A model generated the notes under the pieces. The model ran no database searches. It was not told the origin of the DNA and saw nothing but the letters and a program-made list of their open reading frames with translations. Shown in pieces: positions 9,230-18,362 of a DNA stretch of 64,000 bases. The position numbers and the translations under genes were made by a program. The stretch comes from Escherichia phage vB_EcoM_EP32a, in the sequence record OR544954; one strand, 5' to 3'. Each line of letters opens with the position of its first letter. The first letter of the stretch is position 1.

Positions 9230-9649
9230 ATGAATATTGTAAATCTCTCTACAGGTGATTACGTATATGTATCTGTTGCTTCTCGCTCTAAAGTTGCCGG
9301 GAAGTTGGTTGAAGTTCTTTCTGTGAGTGATCCGGTTTTTGGTCGTAACCAAGTTAAAGTTCGTGATGCTAATGGTAATATTGGCTACGTCTCAAGTCAA
9401 TTCATTGAACCAGAAGAAAAAGCGTTCAAATGGAAACTGTGCAGGTCAGTTTTAGTTGTAAAAGACCATGAATTTACTATTGCTGCCGCAACTGATGGGT
9501 CTCCATGGACAACGAATCAAGTCGCTGGTTTTATTTCAGACCAATGGGTTGAAGATGGTGTTAAGCTTTATAACATCGTTTTCGCCGGACAGTTCATGGT
9601 AGTTCCTGAATTCCAAATCAAAGGATATAGCCAAGCATCTTTCGCATAA
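9230..9649 (+). CDS. hypothetical protein, paralog family member C (139 aa)
   Basis: Shares SRSKVAGKLVEV and GFISDQWVEDGVKLYNIVF with the two preceding ORFs. Confidence 0.6.
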   Translation: MNIVNLSTGDYVYVSVASRSKVAGKLVEVLSVSDPVFGRNQVKVRDANGNIGYVSSQFIEPEEKAFKWKLCRSVLVVKDHEFTIAAATDGSPWTTNQVAGFISDQWVEDGVKLYNIVFAGQFMVVPEFQIKGYSQASFA

Positions 9650-9653
9650 AGTT

Positions 9654-9682
9654 ATTTACTTCTCCTCTGGTTTTGATATTAT
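9654..9682 (+). promoter_or_regulatory. early-type promoter (ATTTAC-N17-TATTAT) inside an inverted repeat
   Basis: -10 lies in the loop of the 9661-9672 / 9692-9703 inverted repeat. Confidence 0.45.
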
Positions 9683-9703
9683 AACCATGTCAACCAGAGG
9701 AGA
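9661..9703 (+). promoter_or_regulatory. 12-bp perfect inverted repeat whose 3' arm carries the SD of the next gene
   Basis: TCTCCTCTGGTT ... AACCAGAGGAGA; 3' arm includes GAGGAGAA just before ATG 9709. Confidence 0.5.
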
Positions 9704-9708
9704 ATAAT

Positions 9709-10233
9709 ATGTTAGTTTACCGCGTAGAACGTAGTTTTTGTACTCAACGTGAATCATTACCAGGAATTGCTATCGAAGACGGTAAAGCCGTCAGAATTTG
9801 GGAAACCTCTTGGAATAAAGAACCTCGTTCGCCATACGGTTGGTCGGGCACCGACAACTCTGAAGAAACATGGGAGTTTCTTGATAAGCATGGAATACTC
9901 TCAGGTAACTTCTACCATCACGGCGACAACTATAACGTCCCTAATCGTCCTACAGTAAATGAAGACAAACTCCTTGAACAAAATATCTTAAGATACCATA
10001 GAATTGAGCACACATTTGAATTGAGTGAAGATTGGGCTCAAGGGTTCTATTTTGGATTTGAAAGTGTTGACGCGGTTTATGCATGGTTTGATGACCAGGT
10101 GGATGTTGAACTTTTGAAAGCTAAAGGATACTACATCGCGGTCTATGAAGCACCTGATTTCATCCTCGGAAGTTGTCAATTAATGTTCAGACGTTCATTG
10201 GCAGAACAAGTTGATTTTATTTTGCTAAAATGA
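9709..10233 (+). CDS. hypothetical protein (174 aa)
   Basis: Uninterrupted ORF with SD in the hairpin arm. Confidence 0.55.
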   Translation: MLVYRVERSFCTQRESLPGIAIEDGKAVRIWETSWNKEPRSPYGWSGTDNSEETWEFLDKHGILSGNFYHHGDNYNVPNRPTVNEDKLLEQNILRYHRIEHTFELSEDWAQGFYFGFESVDAVYAWFDDQVDVELLKAKGYYIAVYEAPDFILGSCQLMFRRSLAEQVDFILLK

Positions 10234-10262
10234 TGTACAACAACTATGGTCTATGATACTAT
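10233..10262 (+). promoter_or_regulatory. T4-type early promoter (ATGTAC-N18-TACTAT) with inverted repeat
   Basis: GGTCTAT / ATAGACC inverted repeat flanking the -10. Confidence 0.5.
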
Positions 10263-10290
10263 AGACCTATCAAAACAAGAGGAGAATATT

Positions 10291-10518
10291 ATGAAACGTC
10301 AAATCATTAAAAACGTAACTACTGATTCAAACATCGATGAGTTTGAAGATGTTCTGTTTAATCCTGATTTAGTTGTTGTACAGAAAAACTGGACCGGATT
10401 TTTATGCTACACCGAAGTGGTTTACGTTTACGAAAAACTTGGTGATGAAATGCCTATCTATGGTATCTTCCGTGAAATCACTGAAAACGGTACAACTTAT
10501 TGGAAGGAAACTTACTAA
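10291..10518 (+). CDS. hypothetical protein (75 aa)
   Basis: ATG at 10291 with SD GAGGAG. Confidence 0.5.
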   Translation: MKRQIIKNVTTDSNIDEFEDVLFNPDLVVVQKNWTGFLCYTEVVYVYEKLGDEMPIYGIFREITENGTTYWKETY

Positions 10519-10928
10519 TGGCTAATAAATTCCGCGTTAACTCATGGTACCAATTTAAAGATAAACGTGCTCAAGAAGAGTTTATTAAAGACCACACCGA
10601 TAATGGGATTTACGCCCGACGTCTTGGCATGGAACCATTTAAAGTATTAGATGTTGACCATCTTGGACGTCCTACTAAACTTGTGACATCTACTGGCATG
10701 GTTGGATACGCAACAGGCGGTGATATTCTTGATGAAAACTTTATCTGGCTCTCCACGAATGAAGCAGAGTTCTTTGACGAAGTTGGAAATCCGTATCAAG
10801 CGTCCGAAGAGCAAGATTCTGATGAACTTGGCGAATTGTCTGAATTTCCTGTGATGACGATTACTATCGAAAATAACGACCAGGCATGGTCTTTGTATCA
10901 AATGTTGAAAGCTCACTTTAAGGAATAA
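10518..10928 (+). CDS. hypothetical acidic protein (136 aa)
   Basis: TAATG overlap with preceding gene; SD AAGGAAA. Confidence 0.5.
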   Translation: MANKFRVNSWYQFKDKRAQEEFIKDHTDNGIYARRLGMEPFKVLDVDHLGRPTKLVTSTGMVGYATGGDILDENFIWLSTNEAEFFDEVGNPYQASEEQDSDELGELSEFPVMTITIENNDQAWSLYQMLKAHFKE

Positions 10929-10930
10929 TA

Positions 10931-11110
10931 ATGCCGTTATACGACTATAAATGCCAATCTGAAGATTGTGGTCATGAATATGAAAAAATTAAAAGGATTT
11001 CTGAACGAGAAAACGATGTTTGCCCTGAATGTCATCGTCTGTCTACTCGTCGGGTTTCTGCTCCTAAACATGTGAACGGTGGTTTTTACGACTTACTTAA
11101 GAAGGGTTAA
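10931..11110 (+). CDS. small zinc-ribbon protein (59 aa; CxxxxC...CxxC)
   Basis: CQSEDC and CPEC cysteine pairs; tightly packed between flanking genes. Confidence 0.4.
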   Translation: MPLYDYKCQSEDCGHEYEKIKRISERENDVCPECHRLSTRRVSAPKHVNGGFYDLLKKG

Positions 11111-11112
11111 TT

Positions 11113-11517
11113 ATGGCTTTTAATACGGCTTTTAAAGGTTTTAAAGGTTTTGAAGTTGGTAAGAAATATCGTATTATCAAAGGACAGGAAGATAATTTCT
11201 TGAGAATTCTTAATACAACTGGTAAACGTCTTAATACTAATCTGCATACTACTTTATTGTCCAAAGATTTTATTGTGGAAGAGATGATTGGTTATGGTGT
11301 TTCGCATAGTATGCAAGGTGATATTCTAATTTATGGTGCAGAATTTAAATTCTTTGAAGAAGTTCCGGAACCAGATACAGCTGTCGATTTCAAAAAAGGC
11401 TCTATAGAATTTGTTGATGGTTCTGTGATCGTATCAGGCGATGTGGTCATTACAGTTAAAAGTGAACAAGGGCGTTTAGCTGCAATTGATGCACTTCAGA
11501 AAATTAAATTTAAATAA
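11113..11517 (+). CDS. hypothetical protein (134 aa)
   Basis: ORF followed directly by a hairpin terminator. Confidence 0.55.
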   Translation: MAFNTAFKGFKGFEVGKKYRIIKGQEDNFLRILNTTGKRLNTNLHTTLLSKDFIVEEMIGYGVSHSMQGDILIYGAEFKFFEEVPEPDTAVDFKKGSIEFVDGSVIVSGDVVITVKSEQGRLAAIDALQKIKFK

Positions 11518-11535
11518 GGGCTTCGGCCCTTTTTG
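11518..11535 (+). terminator. intrinsic terminator
   Basis: GGGC-TTCG-GCCC hairpin followed by TTTTT. Confidence 0.65.
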
Positions 11536-11558
11536 CTTTAGATTTCGGATGATAGAAT
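11531..11558 (+). promoter_or_regulatory. candidate MotA-dependent middle promoter upstream of gene 39
   Basis: MotA-box-like TTTTGCTTTA, 12-nt spacer, then TAGAAT. Confidence 0.45.
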
Positions 11559-11580
11559 ACCTTCATAACGAGGAGACAAC

Positions 11581-13398
11581 ATGATTAAAAATGAAATTAA
11601 GGTATTGTCAGATGTAGAACATATTAAGAAACGCAGTGGTATGTATATTGGTTCTTCTGCTAAAGAAGCCCACGAGCGTTTTTTGTTTGGTAAATATCAA
11701 CAAGTTGAATATGTTCCTGGTCTGGTTAAATTAATCGATGAGATTATTGACAACTCGGTTGATGAAGCTATTCGTACATCATTTAAGTTTGCAAATAAAA
11801 TTGATGTGCAAATTAAAAATAACCAAGTTTCGGTGGAAGATAACGGACGTGGTATTCCTCAAGGTTTAGTTACCGACCAAACAGGTGAACAAATTCCTGG
11901 TCCTGTAGCAGCCTGGACTATTCCAAAGGCTGGTGGTAACTTTGGTGATGATTCTGAACGCAAGACTGGTGGTATGAACGGCGTCGGAAGTAGTTTAACT
12001 AATATCTTCTCTACGTTGTTTACAGGCATCACGTCAGATGGCGAAAATGAAATCACTGTTAACTGTTCAAACGGAATGGAAAACAAATCATGGTCTTCTA
12101 AGAAATCTAAAGGTAAAGGCACTAAAGTAATCTTCACTCCTGATTTCTCTTCATTTGAAGAGCATAATTTATCTCAAATTTATTTAGATATTACTTTAGA
12201 CCGACTTCAAACATTGGCAGTCGTTTATCCTGATATCAAGTTCACATTTAATGGTAAAAAGGTTGATGGTAATTTTAAACGATTTGCTAAACAATTTGGT
12301 GAAGATAACATCATTCAAGAAAATGATAAAGTCTCTATAGCATTCACAACATCACCAGACGGCTTCCGTCATTTAACTTATGTGAATAACATCCATACTA
12401 AAAATGGTGGTCATCATGTTGAATGTGTAATGGATGATATCTGCGAACATCTTTTGCCCGGCATTAAAAAGAAATATAAGGGTATTGAAGTCACTAAAGC
12501 TCGTGTTAAAGAATGCCTCACAATGTTGATGTTTATTAGAGACATGAGCAACATGCGTTTTGATTCTCAGACTAAAGAACGTTTAACGTCAACGTATGGT
12601 GATATTCGTAATCATATCCAATTAGATGCTAAGAAAATTGCTCAGGCACTTCTTAAAAACGAAGCCTTGATTATGCCTATTGTTGAAGCAGCATTAGCTC
12701 GTAAATTGGCGGCAGAAAAGGCTGCGGAAACTAAAGCAGCTAAAAAGGCAACTAAAGCTAAGGTTCATAAGCATATTAAAGCTAACCAATGTGGTAAAGA
12801 CGCAGATACGACATTGTTCTTAACAGAAGGTGATTCGGCAATTGGTTATCTCATTGATGTTCGTGACCGTGAACTACACGGCGGATTCCCATTACGTGGT
12901 AAGGTGATGAATAGCTGGGGTATGTCATATGCTGATATGATGAAGAACAAAGAGCTCTTTGATATTTGTGCTATCACAGGTCTTATTCTTGGTGAAAAGG
13001 CAGAGAATACGAACTATCGTAATATTGCAATTATGACCGATGCCGATCATGACGGTCTTGGAAGTATCTATCCGGCTTTGCTTGCTTTCTTTAGTAATTG
13101 GCCTGAATTGTTTGAACAAGGACGTATTCGCTTTGTTAAAACGCCTGTAATTATTGCACAAATTGGCAAAACTCAAAAATGGTTTTATACTGTAGCTGAG
13201 TATGAAGAAGTTAAAGATACACTGCCTAAGCATAGTATTCGATACATCAAGGGATTAGGCTCACTTGAAAAGTCAGAATATCGTGAAATGATTCAGAATC
13301 CTGTGTACGACGTAGTTAAACTTCCTGAAAATTGGAAAGAACTCTTTGAAATGTTGATGGGTGATGATTCAGAACTTCGTAAAGAATGGATGTCCTAA
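11581..13398 (+). CDS. 39: DNA topoisomerase II large (ATPase) subunit gp39, unsplit 39+60 form
   Basis: 605 aa; GyrB-like ATPase N-terminus (IDNSVDEA) and TOPRIM region (LTEGDSA, DADHDG) in one reading frame. Confidence 0.9.
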   Translation: MIKNEIKVLSDVEHIKKRSGMYIGSSAKEAHERFLFGKYQQVEYVPGLVKLIDEIIDNSVDEAIRTSFKFANKIDVQIKNNQVSVEDNGRGIPQGLVTDQTGEQIPGPVAAWTIPKAGGNFGDDSERKTGGMNGVGSSLTNIFSTLFTGITSDGENEITVNCSNGMENKSWSSKKSKGKGTKVIFTPDFSSFEEHNLSQIYLDITLDRLQTLAVVYPDIKFTFNGKKVDGNFKRFAKQFGEDNIIQENDKVSIAFTTSPDGFRHLTYVNNIHTKNGGHHVECVMDDICEHLLPGIKKKYKGIEVTKARVKECLTMLMFIRDMSNMRFDSQTKERLTSTYGDIRNHIQLDAKKIAQALLKNEALIMPIVEAALARKLAAEKAAETKAAKKATKAKVHKHIKANQCGKDADTTLFLTEGDSAIGYLIDVRDRELHGGFPLRGKVMNSWGMSYADMMKNKELFDICAITGLILGEKAENTNYRNIAIMTDADHDGLGSIYPALLAFFSNWPELFEQGRIRFVKTPVIIAQIGKTQKWFYTVAEYEEVKDTLPKHSIRYIKGLGSLEKSEYREMIQNPVYDVVKLPENWKELFEMLMGDDSELRKEWMS

Positions 13399-13426
13399 GC
13401 TCCTTCGGGAGCTTCATTTTAATTTT
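13397..13426 (+). terminator. intrinsic terminator
   Basis: AAGCTCC-TTCG-GGAGCTT hairpin followed by a T-rich run. Confidence 0.6.
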
Positions 13427-13440
13427 AATAAGGTTTAATT

Positions 13441-14541
13441 ATGAAAGTTATGTTTATCCCATCTCGTGCAGTCCCATTTAATCCTGACCGTGTACAAGGT
13501 GGACTTGAAGCAGTACATTTAAATGTGTTGAAATATCTTGTGTCCATCGGTGCTGATATTGATTATATCGGCTTTGATAATGACACATTTGGTGATTGGA
13601 AGGTTAATCATCATCCTGTTGGTCATCTGACTAAATTCAGTCTAGGTATGAGTTATACTATGGCTCGTAAGATTGTTGAACTAGCCGGCATTAATGAATA
13701 CGATTTCGTTGTTACAATGGAACCGACTAAACTAACCGTCCAAGCAATTAAAGATGCTGGACTCTCTAAAGTTCATAAGAATTTTATGGCAACACCATTT
13801 GAACCGGTATCTCGTGGCATTGTTCAAATTTGGGACCAGACTATTCAAATTCATAAGAATGGTGGTAAGAGTTATGCTCCTACTAAAGCCTTCCGTGAAT
13901 TTGAACGCAAATATTGTTATATGACTTCAGGTCTGACTGACAAAATTGATTATGATTATTGGCGAGCAAATCCGTTGTTTGAAGCCGAAGATTATCCGGT
14001 TATTTGTTTGAATGAGAAACCTGAAGTTCTTCCGGCGACTGATCTGATTATTAGTGCACAACGTTATGACACTAAAATGCGTCGTACTGATGTTGCTCTT
14101 GAAGCGATTAGAGCACTAGGCGAAAATGGTGCAGGATACTGTCCTAGTAAATGGGCACCACCAGCTAAATATCCTGTTATTATTGATGCTCCACACAGTG
14201 AAATTATGGAACGTCTTAAAACAGCTAAAGCACTTATTAATACGTGTCCTGACACAGGTACGGTAGAGAATAGTTCTATTGAAGCCATCTCTAAAGGTGT
14301 CCCTGTAATCCAGTTAGTTTTTAAGGATTATCCTCATGCGACATTAGAATACGACCCAGATACTGTGCGTGTAGAAATTGATTCCTCTACTCCTAAGAAA
14401 GAAGTAGTTGCGCTTTACACAAAAGCTGTATTAGAATTCACTGACACATACGAAGCTCGAGTTAAACGTGCTGAAGCAGTATGGAAGAAGTATAATCGAG
14501 ATGCAGTTGTTGCGATGTGGGATAAAATCTTCACAGCGTAA
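13441..14541 (+). CDS. putative GT-B-fold glycosyltransferase (366 aa)
   Basis: N-terminal MKVMFIP...GGLE and C-terminal VENSSIEAISKGVPVI resemble GT4 nucleotide-sugar-binding motifs; sits where T4 has gene 60. Confidence 0.45.
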   Translation: MKVMFIPSRAVPFNPDRVQGGLEAVHLNVLKYLVSIGADIDYIGFDNDTFGDWKVNHHPVGHLTKFSLGMSYTMARKIVELAGINEYDFVVTMEPTKLTVQAIKDAGLSKVHKNFMATPFEPVSRGIVQIWDQTIQIHKNGGKSYAPTKAFREFERKYCYMTSGLTDKIDYDYWRANPLFEAEDYPVICLNEKPEVLPATDLIISAQRYDTKMRRTDVALEAIRALGENGAGYCPSKWAPPAKYPVIIDAPHSEIMERLKTAKALINTCPDTGTVENSSIEAISKGVPVIQLVFKDYPHATLEYDPDTVRVEIDSSTPKKEVVALYTKAVLEFTDTYEARVKRAEAVWKKYNRDAVVAMWDKIFTA

Positions 14542-14552
14542 ATCCTGAATAG

Positions 14553-14613
14553 CCTGAGGCACTATTACACATAAGATGATAGATTATATGGTCTTTAGTA
14601 ATAGTGCCCTAGG
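14553..14613 (+). promoter_or_regulatory. long inverted repeat (11-bp perfect core, 29-nt loop) upstream of rIIA.1-like ORF
   Basis: GGCACTATTAC ... GTAATAGTGCC with extra flanking pairs; no U-tract. Confidence 0.4.
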
Positions 14614-14633
14614 AATCTACTGAAGAGAATATT

Positions 14634-14834
14634 ATGAGAATATATAACGTGGACTTGGAACTTTTTGATAAAGCTGTACTCCGGGAATTCCGGCTTATCC
14701 AAAGATTTTTTGATATCGAATCAGCAGAGTCCTTTAAAGAACGCTTTAAGGAAATTCGATATAAAATACAAACCGATACAGCTACTAAAGAAGAACTTCT
14801 TGAAGTAGCAGAAATTTTTAAACGTAACTTGTGA
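14634..14834 (+). CDS. hypothetical protein (rIIA.1 position, 66 aa)
   Basis: Small ORF directly upstream of rIIA. Confidence 0.45.
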   Translation: MRIYNVDLELFDKAVLREFRLIQRFFDIESAESFKERFKEIRYKIQTDTATKEELLEVAEIFKRNL

Positions 14835-14846
14835 TGAGAGAAAAAT

Positions 14847-17060
14847 ATGATTATTGAAACGGCTAAAGAAACGATTATTGGTTCAGGCGGTAAGAGCACA
14901 GCATTTACTATTCAAGGCAATAGCAAAGTTTATAAGATTTTGTCTAATGACCTTTATACAAACAAAGAATTGGCTTGTGTACGTGAATTAATCACAAACT
15001 GTATCGATGGTCAAATTCTTAATGGTTGCACTGATAAGTTTATTGTTCAGGCTCCAGGTCGTTTAGACCCACGTTTTGTAGTTCGAGACTTTGGTCCTGG
15101 TATGAGTGATTTCACCATTCGAGGTAATGACGAAGAGCCAGGAATCTATAATTCATATTTTGCTTCAACTAAAACATCGAGTAACGATTTCATTGGTGGA
15201 TTCGGACTCGGTTCTAAAGCTCCACTAGCGTATACCGATACGTTTAACCTTACGTCTTATCACAACGGCGAAGTTCGTGGTTATGTAATCTACCAAGATG
15301 ACACGGGTCCACAAATTAAGCCAACCTTTGTAGATAAGATGGGCCCTGATGACCGTACGGGTGTAGAAGTAGTTGTGCCGGTTAACCCGGAAGATTTTGA
15401 AAAGTTTGCATCCGAAATTGCATATGTTATGCGTCCTCTAGGTGATATCGCAGAAGTTCGTGGTGTTAAAGATATTAAATACTTCCCTGAATTTGACGAT
15501 GTATATTTGGCCAAGGAAGCTCCATGGGGTGAACGTGGTAATATCATGGCTGTTTATGGTGGTATTGTATATCCAATCGGAAGTGTTATTAAAGAACAAA
15601 CATGGATGATGACGCGATGCACTACAGCTTATATTAAATTCCCTATGGGTGAACTAGATGTAGCCCCGTCTCGTGAAGCATTGTCATTTGATAAACGTAC
15701 AGTAGCAAATATCCATAAACGTGTTGCAGAAATCGATGCTAAATTGTTCGCTGAAGATTCTAAGAAATGGATTGATTGTAAATACCCACGTCATGTATTC
15801 CGTGAAATTGATTCTCTTGGTTATACCGCTCGTAAATACATGGAAAAGGCTGGGTCTAATATTGAATCACTGAAATACTCTAAAGAACAACTAACTTATT
15901 CCGAGTTGTACAAACGTTTTAAAATGGGGCCCGAATGGTGCAACCTTGGTGTTGTATATGATATCGTTTCAGACCCACGACTTCGTCGTATTCGTGAAAG
16001 TGGTAGCTCATCGGCAACTATTTCAATTAACAGTCTGATTGGCATTAACATTAAAAATGTTGAAATTGTTATTGACGACGTTAAGGGACGCGTTCCATTA
16101 ATGCGAGCTCTTAATTCAATTGAAATGTCTAAAGACGAGGTTAAATTAACTGGTAAAGTTCCACGCGGTTTTGGTAAAAGCGTACTATTCGTTGACCCTA
16201 CAGACGAAGATGCAATGAAACTTCTTGAACGCCTTAAAGTTATCTTTGATGGCGACAACATTAACATGTACAAGACTTCAGAGCTTTTACAAATCGTTAA
16301 GCCATGGATTGAAGTCAAGACTCGTTCTAATGGGCCTCGTCCTAAATCCCCAAGTGCTCATCGGTTCTTTAAGAATGAAAACGATGTTTGGGTATCAGAA
16401 GATCTCTTTATTCCAGCGAGTGAAGCTGATGAAATCCAAGGTTATGCTATAGTTCGTAATCGTTCTAATGCTGAATGTCTTGACGCAGATAAAGGTTGGT
16501 TGAACTATGACTCCAATTTCTTGACCCGTATTGCTGATTTGTCAGGTATTAAAGAGTTCACTGTAGTCCGTCCACAGATTGCTAAGAAAGTTCGTAAACT
16601 TGGTGAAGTAGAATGCTTGTTCGAAAAATCAATTAATGACTATATTATGCTAATCGATAAAGTGGATTATGATGAGTATGTATCACCAAGTCGTAGAGCA
16701 CAGCCTTATTTGAATCATATTACTCGTAATGAAGAGCTTAACTTCCTTAGTAAGTATTTTAGCTCTAAGAACAAAGAAATCAGTAAAGACTTTGCAAAAC
16801 TCTCAACAGTAAATAATCGTTGGGGATGGAATCGATTCGCAGGTGCTACTAATACAGACCTGAATAAGAAGTTAGAATTGTGTGCTAAAATTTTCGATAA
16901 GCTTAAAGATAATGCTTACGATAATGATGATAAAATGGTTATTGAATTCGAAACCAATTATCATATTGTGTCAGACTACATGGGACGACGTGGTACTCTT
17001 TCTAAAGAACAAGTCGCTCAAATCGTTAAATTCATGAAGGCTGTGGAAGCAGCCAAATAA
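14847..17060 (+). CDS. rIIA: rIIA protein
   Basis: 737 aa; N-terminus ETIIGSGGKS...YKILSNDLYTNKE...VRELITNCIDG matches recalled T4 rIIA. Confidence 0.9.
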   Translation: MIIETAKETIIGSGGKSTAFTIQGNSKVYKILSNDLYTNKELACVRELITNCIDGQILNGCTDKFIVQAPGRLDPRFVVRDFGPGMSDFTIRGNDEEPGIYNSYFASTKTSSNDFIGGFGLGSKAPLAYTDTFNLTSYHNGEVRGYVIYQDDTGPQIKPTFVDKMGPDDRTGVEVVVPVNPEDFEKFASEIAYVMRPLGDIAEVRGVKDIKYFPEFDDVYLAKEAPWGERGNIMAVYGGIVYPIGSVIKEQTWMMTRCTTAYIKFPMGELDVAPSREALSFDKRTVANIHKRVAEIDAKLFAEDSKKWIDCKYPRHVFREIDSLGYTARKYMEKAGSNIESLKYSKEQLTYSELYKRFKMGPEWCNLGVVYDIVSDPRLRRIRESGSSSATISINSLIGINIKNVEIVIDDVKGRVPLMRALNSIEMSKDEVKLTGKVPRGFGKSVLFVDPTDEDAMKLLERLKVIFDGDNINMYKTSELLQIVKPWIEVKTRSNGPRPKSPSAHRFFKNENDVWVSEDLFIPASEADEIQGYAIVRNRSNAECLDADKGWLNYDSNFLTRIADLSGIKEFTVVRPQIAKKVRKLGEVECLFEKSINDYIMLIDKVDYDEYVSPSRRAQPYLNHITRNEELNFLSKYFSSKNKEISKDFAKLSTVNNRWGWNRFAGATNTDLNKKLELCAKIFDKLKDNAYDNDDKMVIEFETNYHIVSDYMGRRGTLSKEQVAQIVKFMKAVEAAK

Positions 17061-17069
17061 GGAAACATT

Positions 17070-18017
17070 ATGTACAATATTAAATGCTTGTCCCAAGAAG
17101 AACAGTTAGAAGCTTACGGCATGGTTGAATCAGGCAAATGGACTCGTAAAGAAATTGCCGATTACTTCGACATTTCAACAGATACTCTTCGTAAGATTGT
17201 TAAGAATTTTAAAGCAGAAGGCGTTGTCCCTGAAGCAAACGATGCCTCTTATGTAATCGAAGAAGTTCCAGAAAATGATGAACCTATTATCGGCGGACAT
17301 CGTCCTGAAATCGTATGGAACGCGTCATCTAAATTTATTTCAATTATTGAAGGACGCGTAGCATACAATGCGACCCCATCAAGTCATGCAAATTTTGAAG
17401 AAATTAAAGCTAATTTGGTCGCAGGAAACCTTAGTAAAGCTGTCGAACTTATTAACATCAAGAAAGCTATTAGTAAGTTTGTTGATGGTAATGTTACTAT
17501 TGAAGGTGGTAGTTTATTTTATCAAGGTATAGAAATTCGTTCAGGACTGGTTAACCGTATTATTGATTCCATGGAAAAAGGTGAAGACTTTAAATTCTAT
17601 CTGCCGTTCCTTGAAAACCTGTTAGAAAACCCAAGCGAAAAAGCTGTACAACGTTTATTCGACTTCTTGGTTGCAAATGATATTGAAATCACTGAAGATG
17701 GGTATTTCTATGCGTGGAAAGTAGTTCGTAAGGACTATTTAGACTGCTATAGTGGTACATTTGATAACTCCCCAGGTAAAGTTGTTTCAATGCCTCGTAC
17801 TCGTGTTAACGATGATGATACGCAAACCTGTTCTCGCGGTCTCCACGTTTGTGCTAAATCTTATATTCGCCACTTTGGTTCAAGCTCAGATAAAGTTGTT
17901 AAGGTTAAAGTTCATCCACGTGATGTTGTATCCATCCCGGTTGACTATGGTGATGCTAAGATGCGTACATGTCGTTATGAAGTAATTTCAGACGTTACTG
18001 AATTGTTTGCAGAATAA
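17070..18017 (+). CDS. rIIB: rIIB protein
   Basis: 315 aa; MYNIKCL...GGSLFYQ...PRTRVNDDDTQTCSRGLHVC matches recalled T4 rIIB; synteny after rIIA. Confidence 0.9.
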   Translation: MYNIKCLSQEEQLEAYGMVESGKWTRKEIADYFDISTDTLRKIVKNFKAEGVVPEANDASYVIEEVPENDEPIIGGHRPEIVWNASSKFISIIEGRVAYNATPSSHANFEEIKANLVAGNLSKAVELINIKKAISKFVDGNVTIEGGSLFYQGIEIRSGLVNRIIDSMEKGEDFKFYLPFLENLLENPSEKAVQRLFDFLVANDIEITEDGYFYAWKVVRKDYLDCYSGTFDNSPGKVVSMPRTRVNDDDTQTCSRGLHVCAKSYIRHFGSSSDKVVKVKVHPRDVVSIPVDYGDAKMRTCRYEVISDVTELFAE

Positions 18018-18022
18018 TAATT

Positions 18023-18045
18023 GGGGACTTCGGTCCCCTTTTTTC
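18023..18045 (+). terminator. intrinsic terminator
   Basis: GGGGAC-TTCG-GTCCCC hairpin followed by TTTTTT. Confidence 0.75.
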
Positions 18046-18058
18046 TTTAGGGGTAATT

Positions 18059-18346
18059 ATGATTCATCCATTTGACGTATCAGAATCCAAAATTGCTAAT
18101 CTTCGTGGTCATCATAAGTGTAAATCAGTTTATTGTGCTAAATTGGTAAAACATCCTGGCGATGCACACTACGGCTGGTTAGAATGCGACGAAGTTGTTA
18201 TTGAAATTCCGCCGGTAGATGCAGAATATCTTGAAGAAGGTGACCGCATTTATTTTGGCGAACTACACATCAGAGGTATCTATGGTAAAGACGAACTTGG
18301 GACTGTTGAGACTGAAGAATCTTCCGACATTTATCCTGTCGAATGA
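18059..18346 (+). CDS. hypothetical Cys/His-containing protein (95 aa)
   Basis: ORF with SD GGGGTAA; T4 denB-ndd region by synteny. Confidence 0.45.
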   Translation: MIHPFDVSESKIANLRGHHKCKSVYCAKLVKHPGDAHYGWLECDEVVIEIPPVDAEYLEEGDRIYFGELHIRGIYGKDELGTVETEESSDIYPVE

Positions 18347-18362
18347 GTTTTTGACTAGTGAA

